From assembly GCA_029251375.1 (NCBI GenBank), contig JAQXDL010000038.1, positions 10,578 to 74,577 of the forward strand: 64,000 bases of DNA, written 5' to 3'. This stretch comes from Pseudomonadales bacterium. Its GTDB lineage: Bacteria; Pseudomonadota; Gammaproteobacteria; Pseudomonadales; Azotimanducaceae. The notes below the pieces were generated by a model. The model made no database searches, was not told the DNA's origin, and saw only the letters and a program-made list of their open reading frames with translations. Positions 9,718 to 18,773 of this stretch are shown here, piece by piece (positions within the stretch are counted from its first letter, which is position 1; every line of letters begins with the position of its first letter). The translations under genes and the position numbers were made by a program.

Positions 9718-10803
9718 CTAGAGTAAACTGTCGAGCAAATTATGCCATTGGCTATTTACATAGGCATCGGAAACACGCGCCGGCAAGTCGTTTACGGATT
9801 TTGGCCGTCCCTGTTTGATCTCACAAATCATGGCTACGGCTTGCTCGATCGAATCATAGCGGCAGTTTTCTGGGACAAACTCCGTGTACGCGAGAGCATT
9901 GGGAACAATCGGCGCGCAACCAGCCGCCATTGCTTCTAACACCGCCAAACCCTGAAACTCATGACGTGCTGTTGACAGCACAGCATCGCATTGTCGCAAA
10001 AAGACCAAGTATTCGTTTCGATCTTCGATAAATCCCACCCGCCCGAGTGCGTCAGCAACCTCAAGACGCGTAATGAGCTGAGCGAATTTAGCCGGTCTCT
10101 TCCGAAAAGACTGACCTATGAGACTAAGTGTAAAACCTTGAGGACTGAGAATGAGGGCATCAACCAGTCGGTCCAGTTCGTCAATACCCTTGTCGTGTTC
10201 CCAGCGATGATTCCATACAATGTGAATTGAATCACGTGCCTGTTGTCCGGACCGCGGCATATCTTGGGGCAACTGCTTCGGTGATACATCAACCTCGATA
10301 GGAACAGAGATCACCCGCGATTTTGAACTAAGCCTATCAACGACACCACTTGGAATTCCGTCCGGCATTTTCGCTAAAAACTTAACGACTCCATCTAAAA
10401 ATGTACCTTGATTAAAACTTGAGTTGAACACTAGATGATCTGCCGCAATAGCTGAATACAATTGAGTAATCTGCCGTTCAACTTGGTGGCCCGCATTACT
10501 CTCATCTGGATAGGCGAATTGATTTTCGTGAAAATAGAGGATCACCGGCGTGTCATGGAGGCATGGCGCAAGTCCTTTCAACGTCGCTAAATCTGTCATC
10601 GAGGTAGCAATAACCAAATCGTAATCTTCAGATAACTCGTGACGCTGCGACAGAGTTAAACTGTTACCGCGGAATCGCCAACTAAAAAATCGCGCCGGCA
10701 GCGTGACGACAACAAACTCGTGGTTAGATAATCCTTCGCACAACCTGCCCCACCAATATTGGTGGCTCAGTGCGTCGTAGGGGGAAAGTAGCAAAATTTT
10801 CAT
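9718..10803 (-). CDS. DUF3524 + GT4-type glycosyltransferase, homologue of vertebrate GTDC1 (tRNA-queuosine mannosyltransferase family)
   Basis: Collinear with my recollection of human GTDC1: ILYFHENQ, VFNSSFN, HIVWNHRWEHDKG, STARHEFQGLAVLEAMAAGC. Confidence 0.8.
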   Translation of the reverse strand: MKILLLSPYDALSHQYWWGRLCEGLSNHEFVVVTLPARFFSWRFRGNSLTLSQRHELSEDYDLVIATSMTDLATLKGLAPCLHDTPVILYFHENQFAYPDESNAGHQVERQITQLYSAIAADHLVFNSSFNQGTFLDGVVKFLAKMPDGIPSGVVDRLSSKSRVISVPIEVDVSPKQLPQDMPRSGQQARDSIHIVWNHRWEHDKGIDELDRLVDALILSPQGFTLSLIGQSFRKRPAKFAQLITRLEVADALGRVGFIEDRNEYLVFLRQCDAVLSTARHEFQGLAVLEAMAAGCAPIVPNALAYTEFVPENCRYDSIEQAVAMICEIKQGRPKSVNDLPARVSDAYVNSQWHNLLDSLL

Positions 10804-10877
10804 TGGCGCAATGGTACCCGTATTCCTCTAGCTTGTTGTAGAATGCTTGAACTTTACGTTATTAGGTTAAGGCAATC

Positions 10878-12095
10878 ATGGCTGGAATTGTAATTATTGG
10901 TGCAGGTCAAGGCGCAGGACAAGCAGCGGCGAGTTTAAGACAGGCAAAATATGAAGGCGATATTACCCTTATCGGTGACGAAGCCTATCCGCCCTACCAG
11001 CGTCCGCCCTTGTCGAAGGCATACCTATCAGGCGAACTGCCAATCGAACGGGTTTATGTGAGAGCTGAAAAGTTTTACAACGACAAAAACATTGACCTAA
11101 AAACCAGCACCCGAGTCGAATCCATTGATCCGCAAGCCAAGTCGGTCACGACAGATTCGGGCGAAACGATTGCGTACGAAAAGCTTCTTATCGCGACCGG
11201 TAGCCGACCTCGCAAACTCTCTATTACTGGCAGTGACCTGCAAGGCATTCATTACCTCAGAACAATCAGCGACGTTGATGCAATCAGGGAGTCTATGTCG
11301 ACCGCTAGAAATATTGTTATCGTCGGCGGCGGCTACATCGGACTAGAAGTAGCTTCTGTGGCAGTTACAAGCGGTTTGAATGTCACCGTCATGGAGATGG
11401 AAGATAGAATTCTGCAGCGAGTTACCACGCCAGAAATGAGTGCCTACTACCATAACCTGCATACGAGTCGCGGCTTGAATATTCTAACTAACTCAACGGT
11501 TAACGGTTTCACAGGTACGGACAAAATCAATGGCGTGCTTTGTAAGAATGCGGCCGGAGAAGAATCAGAGATACCCGCAGATCTTGTGATTGTCGGTATT
11601 GGCATTATTCCAAATATCGAATTGGCTGACGTTGCCGGTGTCGATTGTGACAACGGTATCGTCGTCGATGATCATTGCCGAACCTCAATGCAGGACATTT
11701 TCGCCATCGGCGATTGCTGTAACCACCCTAACCCCATTCTTGATCGTCGGCTTAGACTCGAGTCTGTGCCTAACGCAATGGAACAAGCCCGCGTCGCTGT
11801 CGCCAATATGCTGGGTGATGACAAGGTGTACGCAGCGGTACCCTGGTTTTGGTCTGATCAATACGAACTTAAACTACAAATGGTTGGGTTCTCAGCAGAT
11901 GGCGACGCGCAAGTCGTCAGAGGCGATATGGAAACAAATCAATTTGCTGTGTTTTACCTGAAAAATAACGCTGTTGTTGCCGTCGATGCTGTAAACAGTC
12001 CGAAGGAGTTTATGATCTGTAAACAACTTTATGGCAAGGTCGTCGACCCAGCCGTGCTTGCAGACCAAGAAACAGATTTGAAGACACTGCTTTAG
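10878..12095 (+). CDS. FAD-dependent ferredoxin/rubredoxin-NAD(P)+ reductase family oxidoreductase
   Basis: IVIIGAGQGAG dinucleotide fold, PPYQRPPLSKAYL motif, second Rossmann IVIVGGGYIGLE, and GDC..H near the C-terminal third. The layout resembles putidaredoxin reductase. Confidence 0.85.
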   Translation: MAGIVIIGAGQGAGQAAASLRQAKYEGDITLIGDEAYPPYQRPPLSKAYLSGELPIERVYVRAEKFYNDKNIDLKTSTRVESIDPQAKSVTTDSGETIAYEKLLIATGSRPRKLSITGSDLQGIHYLRTISDVDAIRESMSTARNIVIVGGGYIGLEVASVAVTSGLNVTVMEMEDRILQRVTTPEMSAYYHNLHTSRGLNILTNSTVNGFTGTDKINGVLCKNAAGEESEIPADLVIVGIGIIPNIELADVAGVDCDNGIVVDDHCRTSMQDIFAIGDCCNHPNPILDRRLRLESVPNAMEQARVAVANMLGDDKVYAAVPWFWSDQYELKLQMVGFSADGDAQVVRGDMETNQFAVFYLKNNAVVAVDAVNSPKEFMICKQLYGKVVDPAVLADQETDLKTLL

Positions 12096-12100
12096 CAACT

Positions 12101-12370
12101 ATGTCTACCTCAGCAGATAGCCTTTAAATTGACAGGGTATTAAAGCGTTTTGGTGACAAGGTTGCAGTCCGCGGCCTTTCAGCCAATATCCCTTCCGGCG
12201 GTTTTTATGGCTTGCTTGGCCCCAATGGTGCGGGCAAAACAACCACGATTCGTATGGTCATGAACATTTTGCATCTCGATACGAGCAGAATCAGTCTATT
12301 CGGCGCTTTAACACCCGCAAAGTTTATCAACCAACCGTTGCAAACAATCCTAATTTACCTGCAACGGTAA
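12101..12370 (+). pseudogene. Remnant of an ABC transporter ATP-binding protein (N-terminal ~90 codons, in-frame TAA at 12125-12127)
   Basis: Hand translation gives MSTSADSL*IDRVLKRFGDKVAVRGLSANIPSGGFYGLLGPNGAGKTTTIRMVMNILHLDTSRISLFG..., then unrelated sequence and a stop at 12368-12370. The Walker A region is intact. The Q-loop, signature and Walker B motifs are absent, and there is no permease gene nearby. Confidence 0.7.
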
Positions 12371-12489
12371 AGTGAAATGAACGGCCCTCTGCAGGTTTAT
12401 TTACCGCCCCCGCATAATTCGATGTTTTATCAGCGCATTTTAGCTGATTCACAAGACATGCCTGACCTTTCGATTTAGGATGCGCAGTT

Positions 12490-13725
12490 ATGAATACCCA
12501 CCCAGAAAAAAATTGGTCGTTTGGTCATGAGGATATCGCGGCGGCTTATCGGCGCATTAAACCCTACCTCGTCAATACGCCCATCATAGAATCCAAAACC
12601 TTCTCAGAACTCTGTCAGTGTGAAGTCCTGTTCAAGCTAGAAAACCTTCAGATGACAGGCTCTTATAAAGAGCGTGGCGCCTTGAACAAATTGCTATCTC
12701 TGAGCGACAAGGAACGGCATCAAGGCGTTATAGCCGCGAGTGCCGGTAATCATGCTCAAGCAGTCGCCTATCACGCGGCTAGGCTGGGAATTTCGACCAA
12801 AGTTGTTATGCCCAAGTACAGCCCCCTTGTAAAAATTAAAGCAACGGAACACTGGGGCGCAGACGTCATACTCGAAGGCGAAACCTTCGACGATGCATTT
12901 AGACATTCTCAAGTATTGGCGGCAGAGGAACAACGCACTTATTTGCACCCCTTCGCCGACGCGAAGGTCGTCGAAGGTCAAGGCACTTTAGCCCTAGAAA
13001 TCATGGCCCATCCATTAGCTGAAGATATTGACGCTGTAATAGTACCCATTGGCGGCGGAGGATTAGTCTCTGGTGTCGCCACCTATTTTAAACAACGATA
13101 TCCCAAGGTCGAGATTATTGGTGTTGAGGAAGCGTCGGTCAATGGCATGTCAACCTCGCTGCAAGCAGGAGAAGTTATTGAACTAGTGCCGCAACCTATG
13201 ATCGCTGATGGCATCGCAGTAAGACGTGTCTACGAGACAAACCTGGGCACCGTCGCAAAGTATGTCGACGAAATTGTGTCAGTGAATAGCGACGAAATTG
13301 CCAATGCAATTATGTTGATGCTGGAAATCGAAAAGAATGTCATCGAAGGCGCGGCAGCAGTGACACTCGCAGCGTTATTGAACCATCGAGTACCAAGATT
13401 ACACGGTAAGAAAGTTTTGGCGGTTATCTCAGGTGGCAATATCGATGTTAACTTAATCGCCAAAATCATCAATCGAGGCCTGACTTTTGACGGTCGAATT
13501 ATCAAACTTGATACGGTCATTAACGACATACCCGGCACGCTTGAATCTCTACTCGCATCGTTCAGGAAATCAGGCGCCAATATTTTGGACGTTCATCATC
13601 ATCGATTTTCTAGCGATGCACCGATCGGCCAAATCGGTGTCACAATTACTGCAGAAACCCGCAATCAAACGCATATAGACCAATTGAAGAAGAACCTTTC
13701 AGAACAAGGTTATCCAACAAAATAG
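12490..13725 (+). CDS. ilvA: Threonine ammonia-lyase (threonine dehydratase) with one C-terminal ACT-like domain
   Basis: PLP-lysine motif LQMTGSYKERGA, SAGNHAQAVA, and the glycine loop PIGGGGLVSG. The ~80-aa regulatory tail resembles short-form IlvA. Confidence 0.85.
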   Translation: MNTHPEKNWSFGHEDIAAAYRRIKPYLVNTPIIESKTFSELCQCEVLFKLENLQMTGSYKERGALNKLLSLSDKERHQGVIAASAGNHAQAVAYHAARLGISTKVVMPKYSPLVKIKATEHWGADVILEGETFDDAFRHSQVLAAEEQRTYLHPFADAKVVEGQGTLALEIMAHPLAEDIDAVIVPIGGGGLVSGVATYFKQRYPKVEIIGVEEASVNGMSTSLQAGEVIELVPQPMIADGIAVRRVYETNLGTVAKYVDEIVSVNSDEIANAIMLMLEIEKNVIEGAAAVTLAALLNHRVPRLHGKKVLAVISGGNIDVNLIAKIINRGLTFDGRIIKLDTVINDIPGTLESLLASFRKSGANILDVHHHRFSSDAPIGQIGVTITAETRNQTHIDQLKKNLSEQGYPTK

Positions 13726-13841
13726 TCTTTAGCTTAGGTGATTAACCGAAAAAAAGATGGAAGTCTGTACGTCTACCGCAACTGTCTTTATGCGCATTTA
13801 TAGCTCTGTGGAAGGTCGACGGATTAGACCACGCGTTAATA

Positions 13842-14489
13842 TTAAGGCGCTTTAACGATAAATTTAACCTTACTAAATTGCAGTACATCTTTATCTTTGA
13901 GTACCTGTTCATCAACCTTCTCGGCATTAACAAACGTGCCATTTGCTGAGCCCAGGTCTCGAACCACTAGGCCACCGTCGAGAGGTTCAAGCTCTGCATG
14001 TTTTCTAGATAGCGCAGGTTCGAGGATCGATATATCGCACTCAAGTGCGCGGCCGATTTCGATAAGCTCATTAACAGGGATTTGTTGGCCTTTTTCTGGA
14101 CCTGAGTCTGCTATCAAACGCCATCCGCCCGACGACTCTTGTACCGCTGTGCCGGAAAGCACCAACGTTTTGGCGTTAGCGCCGATCTCTTCATTTATGA
14201 TTTCGAGCTCAACGCCCTGAATCATAATGACATCGCCCTCATGGAGCATTGTGGGGCCCGAAAGAAGCTCACCATTCAATTGCGTACCGGTTTTTGTTTC
14301 TACATCCGTCACGGTGACATTGTTCGCCTCAACTTTTATGTCGGCGTGAAAACCACTAACCCCATTTTCATCGATGACGATGTCGTTGATGGCACCTTTC
14401 CCAATTGTACAGCCAGGCGCAACCAGAGCGACTGGCTGTCCTCTTCCGTCCTTAAATTGGATTTTCAACATGCTACTACCTTCTTCCAC
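13842..14489 (-). CDS. Protein made of two FHA domains
   Basis: Two copies of the FHA pattern: TIGKG..NDIVIDE.GVSGFHADI...D..TKTGTQLNG and IGRA.ECDISI.EPALSRKHAEL....V.DLGSANGTFVN. The true start may be the second Met (MLKIQF). Confidence 0.8.
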   Translation of the reverse strand: MEEGSSMLKIQFKDGRGQPVALVAPGCTIGKGAINDIVIDENGVSGFHADIKVEANNVTVTDVETKTGTQLNGELLSGPTMLHEGDVIMIQGVELEIINEEIGANAKTLVLSGTAVQESSGGWRLIADSGPEKGQQIPVNELIEIGRALECDISILEPALSRKHAELEPLDGGLVVRDLGSANGTFVNAEKVDEQVLKDKDVLQFSKVKFIVKAP

Positions 14490-14756
14490 AGGGTCTTCGT
14501 GTATAACTCAGCGGCAGGATCGTTCTAGCGGCTAATTATGCGTCGCAACCAAGCCGGCTCACTCGTTACCGATTCATTACCCTTTGATCAGTGATTTCTT
14601 ATAATTTTCAAAGAGTTATAACATCGAGTTCGACGCAGAGTACCGTAATTTGACATCTTTTGTACAGACCAGCAAGGTCTTGGAGCAAAACATTCATGCA
14701 AAAGGTTATTGCGAATAGATGATTGCGAAAACGAAAAATTCCTGTAACTTATTCAA

Positions 14757-15542
14757 ATGGTAGACAAAAAGACCTCAGATACCGATGCGAGACAAGCGAC
14801 GCAACCTGATACGCAAGGTTCGGCGGAGTCCACAGACAACCCAATAGTCGACAGTCTTGGCCAAAGACTCTATCGAGGCTGGCTCGAATGGCGGACGTTA
14901 GTGATATTCTTGATTGTGATGGTGCTTTTCCGCTCCGCGATTGCTGATTGGAATCAAGTCCCCTCCGGTTCGATGAAACCGACGATCTTGGAAGGCGATC
15001 GAGTGGTTGTAAATAAACTCGCCTATGACCTTAAGGTGCCATTTACGACTTGGCATGTTGCCGAGTGGGATGACCCGAAACGGGGTGAGATCGTAACTTT
15101 TTATTCGCCTGACGATGAGAAATTATTGATAAAACGTGTCATTGGGGTGCCTGGCGACGTCATAACCATGAGAAACAATCAAATTTACGTCAACGAGGAA
15201 CCAGCCACCTACAGCCGCCTAGGGTCAAATATAGTCAATCAACTCGATTATTATCAACGCCATACACACGCCTTCTTCAAAGAGAAAATTGACCAGACGG
15301 AACATGCGGTGATGCTAAGACCTGCTCAGCCGAACGACTACAATAGCTTTGGTCCCATTGAGATACCGGACGATAAATACTTGATGTTAGGCGATAACAG
15401 AGATAACAGCCGTGATTCTCGCCGAATTGGCTTAGTCGAACGAGACCGGATCACGGGCAGAGCCCATACGGTCGCTTTCTCCGTCGATTATGAAGGCTAT
15501 TACATGCCTCGCCTTGACCGCTTTGGTAGGACTCTCAACTAA
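14757..15542 (+). CDS. lepB: Signal peptidase I
   Basis: TM segment followed by catalytic Ser box PSGSMKPTI. LIKRVIGVPGD (Lys box) and GDNRDNSRDSR are also present. Confidence 0.9.
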   Translation: MVDKKTSDTDARQATQPDTQGSAESTDNPIVDSLGQRLYRGWLEWRTLVIFLIVMVLFRSAIADWNQVPSGSMKPTILEGDRVVVNKLAYDLKVPFTTWHVAEWDDPKRGEIVTFYSPDDEKLLIKRVIGVPGDVITMRNNQIYVNEEPATYSRLGSNIVNQLDYYQRHTHAFFKEKIDQTEHAVMLRPAQPNDYNSFGPIEIPDDKYLMLGDNRDNSRDSRRIGLVERDRITGRAHTVAFSVDYEGYYMPRLDRFGRTLN

Positions 15543-15600
15543 TTCAAACCCTCTATCGATACCAATCGCGAAAAACCCACCTTCAGTTCCACTGCCGATT

Positions 15601-15906
15601 TTGCGGACCTGCTCTACGAGGGAACTCGCTGACAGCATTTACCGTGCATCGTACCTAACGGGCGAATTTGTGCATAGAACAGGTAAGGTCAGCCCGCAAT
15701 ATTTCGATAAATATTAATTAGAAGCCAACTCGGTACTATTGAATCAGATTGCGCTGTCCGCCGAAGAACTTAGCAGTCGAGGCGCTATCGTCACTGATGC
15801 TATTTGTGTGATTGGTCGACAATCAGGTGGCGTTGAGGTGCTATCCAATTCCAGGCTATCATTCAGCTCACTATTCACATTGGAACAATTGCTGCCCCAA
15901 GATTGA
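15601..15906 (+). pseudogene. Decayed orotate-phosphoribosyltransferase-like gene (in-frame TAA at 15715-15717 plus loss of the central PRPP-binding part)
   Basis: Single frame: LRTCSTRELADSIYRASYLTGEFVHRTGKVSPQYFDKY*LEANSVLLNQIALSAEELSSRGAIVTDAICVIGRQSGGVEVLSNSRLSFSSLFTLEQLLPQD*. The ends match the short-type PyrE pattern (GEF.L.SG..S..YFDKY...P.LL..I ... V..V.DR..GG...L......SLFTL..L). Roughly 100 central residues, including the PRPP loop, are missing. Confidence 0.55.
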
Positions 15907-15914
15907 TGCGCCCG

Positions 15915-16211
15915 CTAATTCGAAGGGTCTTTTGATTTCTCTGGCGGCGCCATTGTCTCTATCGCGTCAATGTCGGATTTTAGTCGTCCCAACATACCCG
16001 CCTTGTCACGCCGAAAAAAACTCAGCAGAAAAGAAAACACGAACCCACAAACAATTAGTATCCCTACCAATATAAAAGACAAGATCAAAAACACCTTGAT
16101 CTCCTCTTTATCCACGTCATAACTGGTAATCGCCATCCAAACGAACGCCGCGGTAAAAAATGATCCCGATAAGAATAATCGCAATTGACTGTTTTTTAGA
16201 AACCTACCCAC
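15915..16211 (-). CDS. Small membrane protein (two predicted TM helices), function unknown
   Basis: 98-aa ORF with two hydrophobic stretches (LFLSGSFFTAAFVWMAI and VFLILSFILVGILIVCGFVFSFLLSFF). No family recognised. Confidence 0.45.
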   Translation of the reverse strand: MGRFLKNSQLRLFLSGSFFTAAFVWMAITSYDVDKEEIKVFLILSFILVGILIVCGFVFSFLLSFFRRDKAGMLGRLKSDIDAIETMAPPEKSKDPSN

Positions 16212-16288
16212 ACTTTATCTCTTCCGCTTCATTGCGTGCTAGCTTACACTCGAACTGAATTGAACAAAATCAAAACAAGGAACGAAGC

Positions 16289-17215
16289 ATGTCACTGGAT
16301 CCAGTTGTAGAAGTTTTACTCGGCCAACTCGCAGAAGCTGGGGGTTTACCTTTGAACGAAATGTCTCCATCGGAGGGGCGCGCCATGTATCAGGCAATGA
16401 ATGCTGACGCAGTCAAGCAACCGCTCACCGAGGTGACTGATACAGATGCAGCCGGCGTGCCTGTTCGTATTTATCGTCCTTCAGCACAGGATAATTTGGC
16501 CTGCATCGTTTTCTACCATGGTGGAGGCTGGGTAATCGGCGATCTTGAGACACACGACGGACCCTGCCGAAGGCTCGCAAATGCAACTGGCGCAGTTGTC
16601 GTCGCGGTTGATTACCGGTTGGCACCAGAACATCCCTTCCCTGCGGCGCAGGACGACTGCTATACCGCGACTTGCTGGGTCGCTGACAATGCTGCAGCAC
16701 TAAATATTGATGCATCTAAAATTGCCGTCGCTGGTGATAGCGCAGGAGGCAACCTTGCTGCCGTCGTAAGCCTGCGAGCACGAGATGAAAATGGCCCTAA
16801 AATAGCCCATCAACTACTCATCTACCCTGCAACAGACGCTGCAATGAATACACAATCCTACAGTGACAATGCCGATGGCTACATGCTGACACGAGAAAGT
16901 ATGGCGTGGTTTTGGCAGAATTACTTGGGCACAGACTATTTAGGCACGGACAACCAGACAAACCCCTTAGCGTCACCTCTTATGGCTGAGAGCCTCGCAA
17001 ACCTGCCACCCGCGACCATTATTACTGCAGAGTTCGACCCACTGAGAGATGAAGGTGAAGCTTACGGTGAAAAACTCAAGGCTGCCGGTAACGATGCCGA
17101 GATTGTTCGTGAAGATGGACTCATTCACGGCTTTATCAGTTTGGTAGACGGTGTACCTGCTGCCGATAAAGCGGTAACAAGTTTCTCAGGCAAACTTAAA
17201 ATTGCACTTGGCTAG
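16289..17215 (+). CDS. Alpha/beta-hydrolase esterase/lipase, hormone-sensitive-lipase family (family IV)
   Basis: Oxyanion HGGGW, nucleophile elbow GDSAGGNLA, and the DPLRDEG and HGF catalytic Asp/His motifs. Confidence 0.88.
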   Translation: MSLDPVVEVLLGQLAEAGGLPLNEMSPSEGRAMYQAMNADAVKQPLTEVTDTDAAGVPVRIYRPSAQDNLACIVFYHGGGWVIGDLETHDGPCRRLANATGAVVVAVDYRLAPEHPFPAAQDDCYTATCWVADNAAALNIDASKIAVAGDSAGGNLAAVVSLRARDENGPKIAHQLLIYPATDAAMNTQSYSDNADGYMLTRESMAWFWQNYLGTDYLGTDNQTNPLASPLMAESLANLPPATIITAEFDPLRDEGEAYGEKLKAAGNDAEIVREDGLIHGFISLVDGVPAADKAVTSFSGKLKIALG

Positions 17216-17266
17216 TTGTCTGAACACTGAACGCTTAGCTTGGGTGCTTAGGCATCCAAGCGTTTT

Positions 17267-18022
17267 ATGATTGATCTCAACACACCAGATGAGGTCTCTG
17301 CTGCATTGTCCGACAGTGACGATACCGAAAACTATCGATTTATCGATACGCAATTGCTCAGTCCGATTTTTGGTAAGGCGTTTCTAGGCTGTCATTTCGT
17401 TAACACGCAATTTCAATGCGATGAATTGCAAGACACGATATTCAACAAATGCGTCTTCGATAACTGCACATTCAGTAGCATAAACCTTAGAGAATCGCGC
17501 TTCACCGATTGTCAGTTTTATAACAAAGACACAGAAACCAGCTGTAATTTCAATTTTGCGAACCTCACAGCGGTTGAGTTTGTGAAATGTGATTTATCAA
17601 TGTGCAACCTTTCTCGCACCCTGCTCTATCGCGCCGAGTTCATTCGCTGTCAATGCCAAGGCATCGATTTGAGTCATTGTGACGCAACCACACAAACCGG
17701 TAGCCTCAGACTTAAAGGTATGAAAATGACAGACTGCAATTTGGCCTATGCGGATCTTACCGGGGCAAATTTGCAAGAATCTGACCTCAGCGAGAGCCGC
17801 TTTAGTCACTGCATCATGGATGAGGCAAATCTCGCCGACACAGATATGCAGGACAGCGAGCTTCACCAAATAGACGCAAAAGGGATATGTATAACAGGCG
17901 CAGACTTGAGAGGCGCTAATCTAGATGGGCTGGATATTAGAAACATTGATATGACAGGTGTCACAATCAATGAATACCAACAATCAGCCCTTCTCTTGCC
18001 ACTTGGGATTGTTGTTATCTAG
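17267..18022 (+). CDS. Qnr-like pentapeptide-repeat protein
   Basis: Pentapeptide repeats run throughout. CNLAYADLTGANL, RGANLDGLDIRNIDMTGVTI and the tail YQQSALLLPLGIVVI parallel QnrA (CNLAYTNLSG..., DLDGLDPRRVNLEGVKI, WQQEQLLEPLGVIVL) as I recall it. About 30 extra N-terminal residues. Confidence 0.75.
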   Translation: MIDLNTPDEVSAALSDSDDTENYRFIDTQLLSPIFGKAFLGCHFVNTQFQCDELQDTIFNKCVFDNCTFSSINLRESRFTDCQFYNKDTETSCNFNFANLTAVEFVKCDLSMCNLSRTLLYRAEFIRCQCQGIDLSHCDATTQTGSLRLKGMKMTDCNLAYADLTGANLQESDLSESRFSHCIMDEANLADTDMQDSELHQIDAKGICITGADLRGANLDGLDIRNIDMTGVTINEYQQSALLLPLGIVVI

Positions 18023-18071
18023 AACTCCCATCGTCGCAAATATCAATCCTGTGCAGCTTTCAATCTCGATT

Positions 18072-18773
18072 TTATTTTATCTCGATTAACTCAACATCGA
18101 AGATCAATACAGAATGCGGCGGAATACCACCGGTTCCCGCTGGACCATAGGCTAGATCAGACGGAATAAAGAATCGGCTCTTGCCGCCAACCTTCATCAG
18201 TTGAAGCCCTTCGGTCCAACCAGGAATAACCTGCGCGAGGCCAAATTCGACCGGCTCACCCCGTTGTATAGAACTGTCAAAGATAGACCCGTCAATCAAG
18301 CTTCCTTGATAATGCACAACCACGCGGTTCTCTTTCAGTGGCGCGGCACCAGTACCTTCTTCCAGAACAAGATGTTGCAGCCCAGAAGCTGTCACAACGA
18401 CCTCATCCTGCAGAGCATTTGCCGCTAGGAACTCTCTACCAATCGCTATCGCTGCTTCAGCTTGGCGATCTTTGATCATTGTCTGTCGAGCTCGAACCTC
18501 CGCAATGACGGCTTCCTGCTGTGTTTGAGTCAAAGCAGGTTCTACACCCTCCAGTGCATGCTGCATGCCCTCAACTAGCTTCTCGATATTAATCGAATCG
18601 TTGCCACCTTCTTTCAGCATATTTCCAAATGAATAACCGAAGAAGTAGCCCAAATCGGCTTCGAGGGCGCCTTTGTTGTCGGGTTCTTGCTCGGGTTCAG
18701 CCGCAAAACTTATACTAGAAAACACTACAATAATAAACGCTATAGCGTTGATATTAATGGATATTTTTGACAT
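18072..18773 (-). CDS. Periplasmic FKBP-type peptidyl-prolyl isomerase (FkpA/Mip-like)
   Basis: Signal peptide MSKISININAIAFIIVVFSSISFA, a helical dimerisation region, and a C-terminal FKBP domain (VVVHYQGSLIDGSIFDSS...GWTEGLQLMKVGGK..FIPS.LAYG...IPP.SVLIFDVELIEI). Confidence 0.88.
   Translation of the reverse strand: MSKISININAIAFIIVVFSSISFAAEPEQEPDNKGALEADLGYFFGYSFGNMLKEGGNDSINIEKLVEGMQHALEGVEPALTQTQQEAVIAEVRARQTMIKDRQAEAAIAIGREFLAANALQDEVVVTASGLQHLVLEEGTGAAPLKENRVVVHYQGSLIDGSIFDSSIQRGEPVEFGLAQVIPGWTEGLQLMKVGGKSRFFIPSDLAYGPAGTGGIPPHSVLIFDVELIEIK

Noticed and set aside
17229-17266. A hairpin (aacgctt...aagcgtt) followed by T residues after the esterase gene, considered as an intrinsic terminator.
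   Set aside because: It is a 7-bp stem with a 21-nt loop and only a short T run. That run merges into the next gene's start codon, which is too weak to call.
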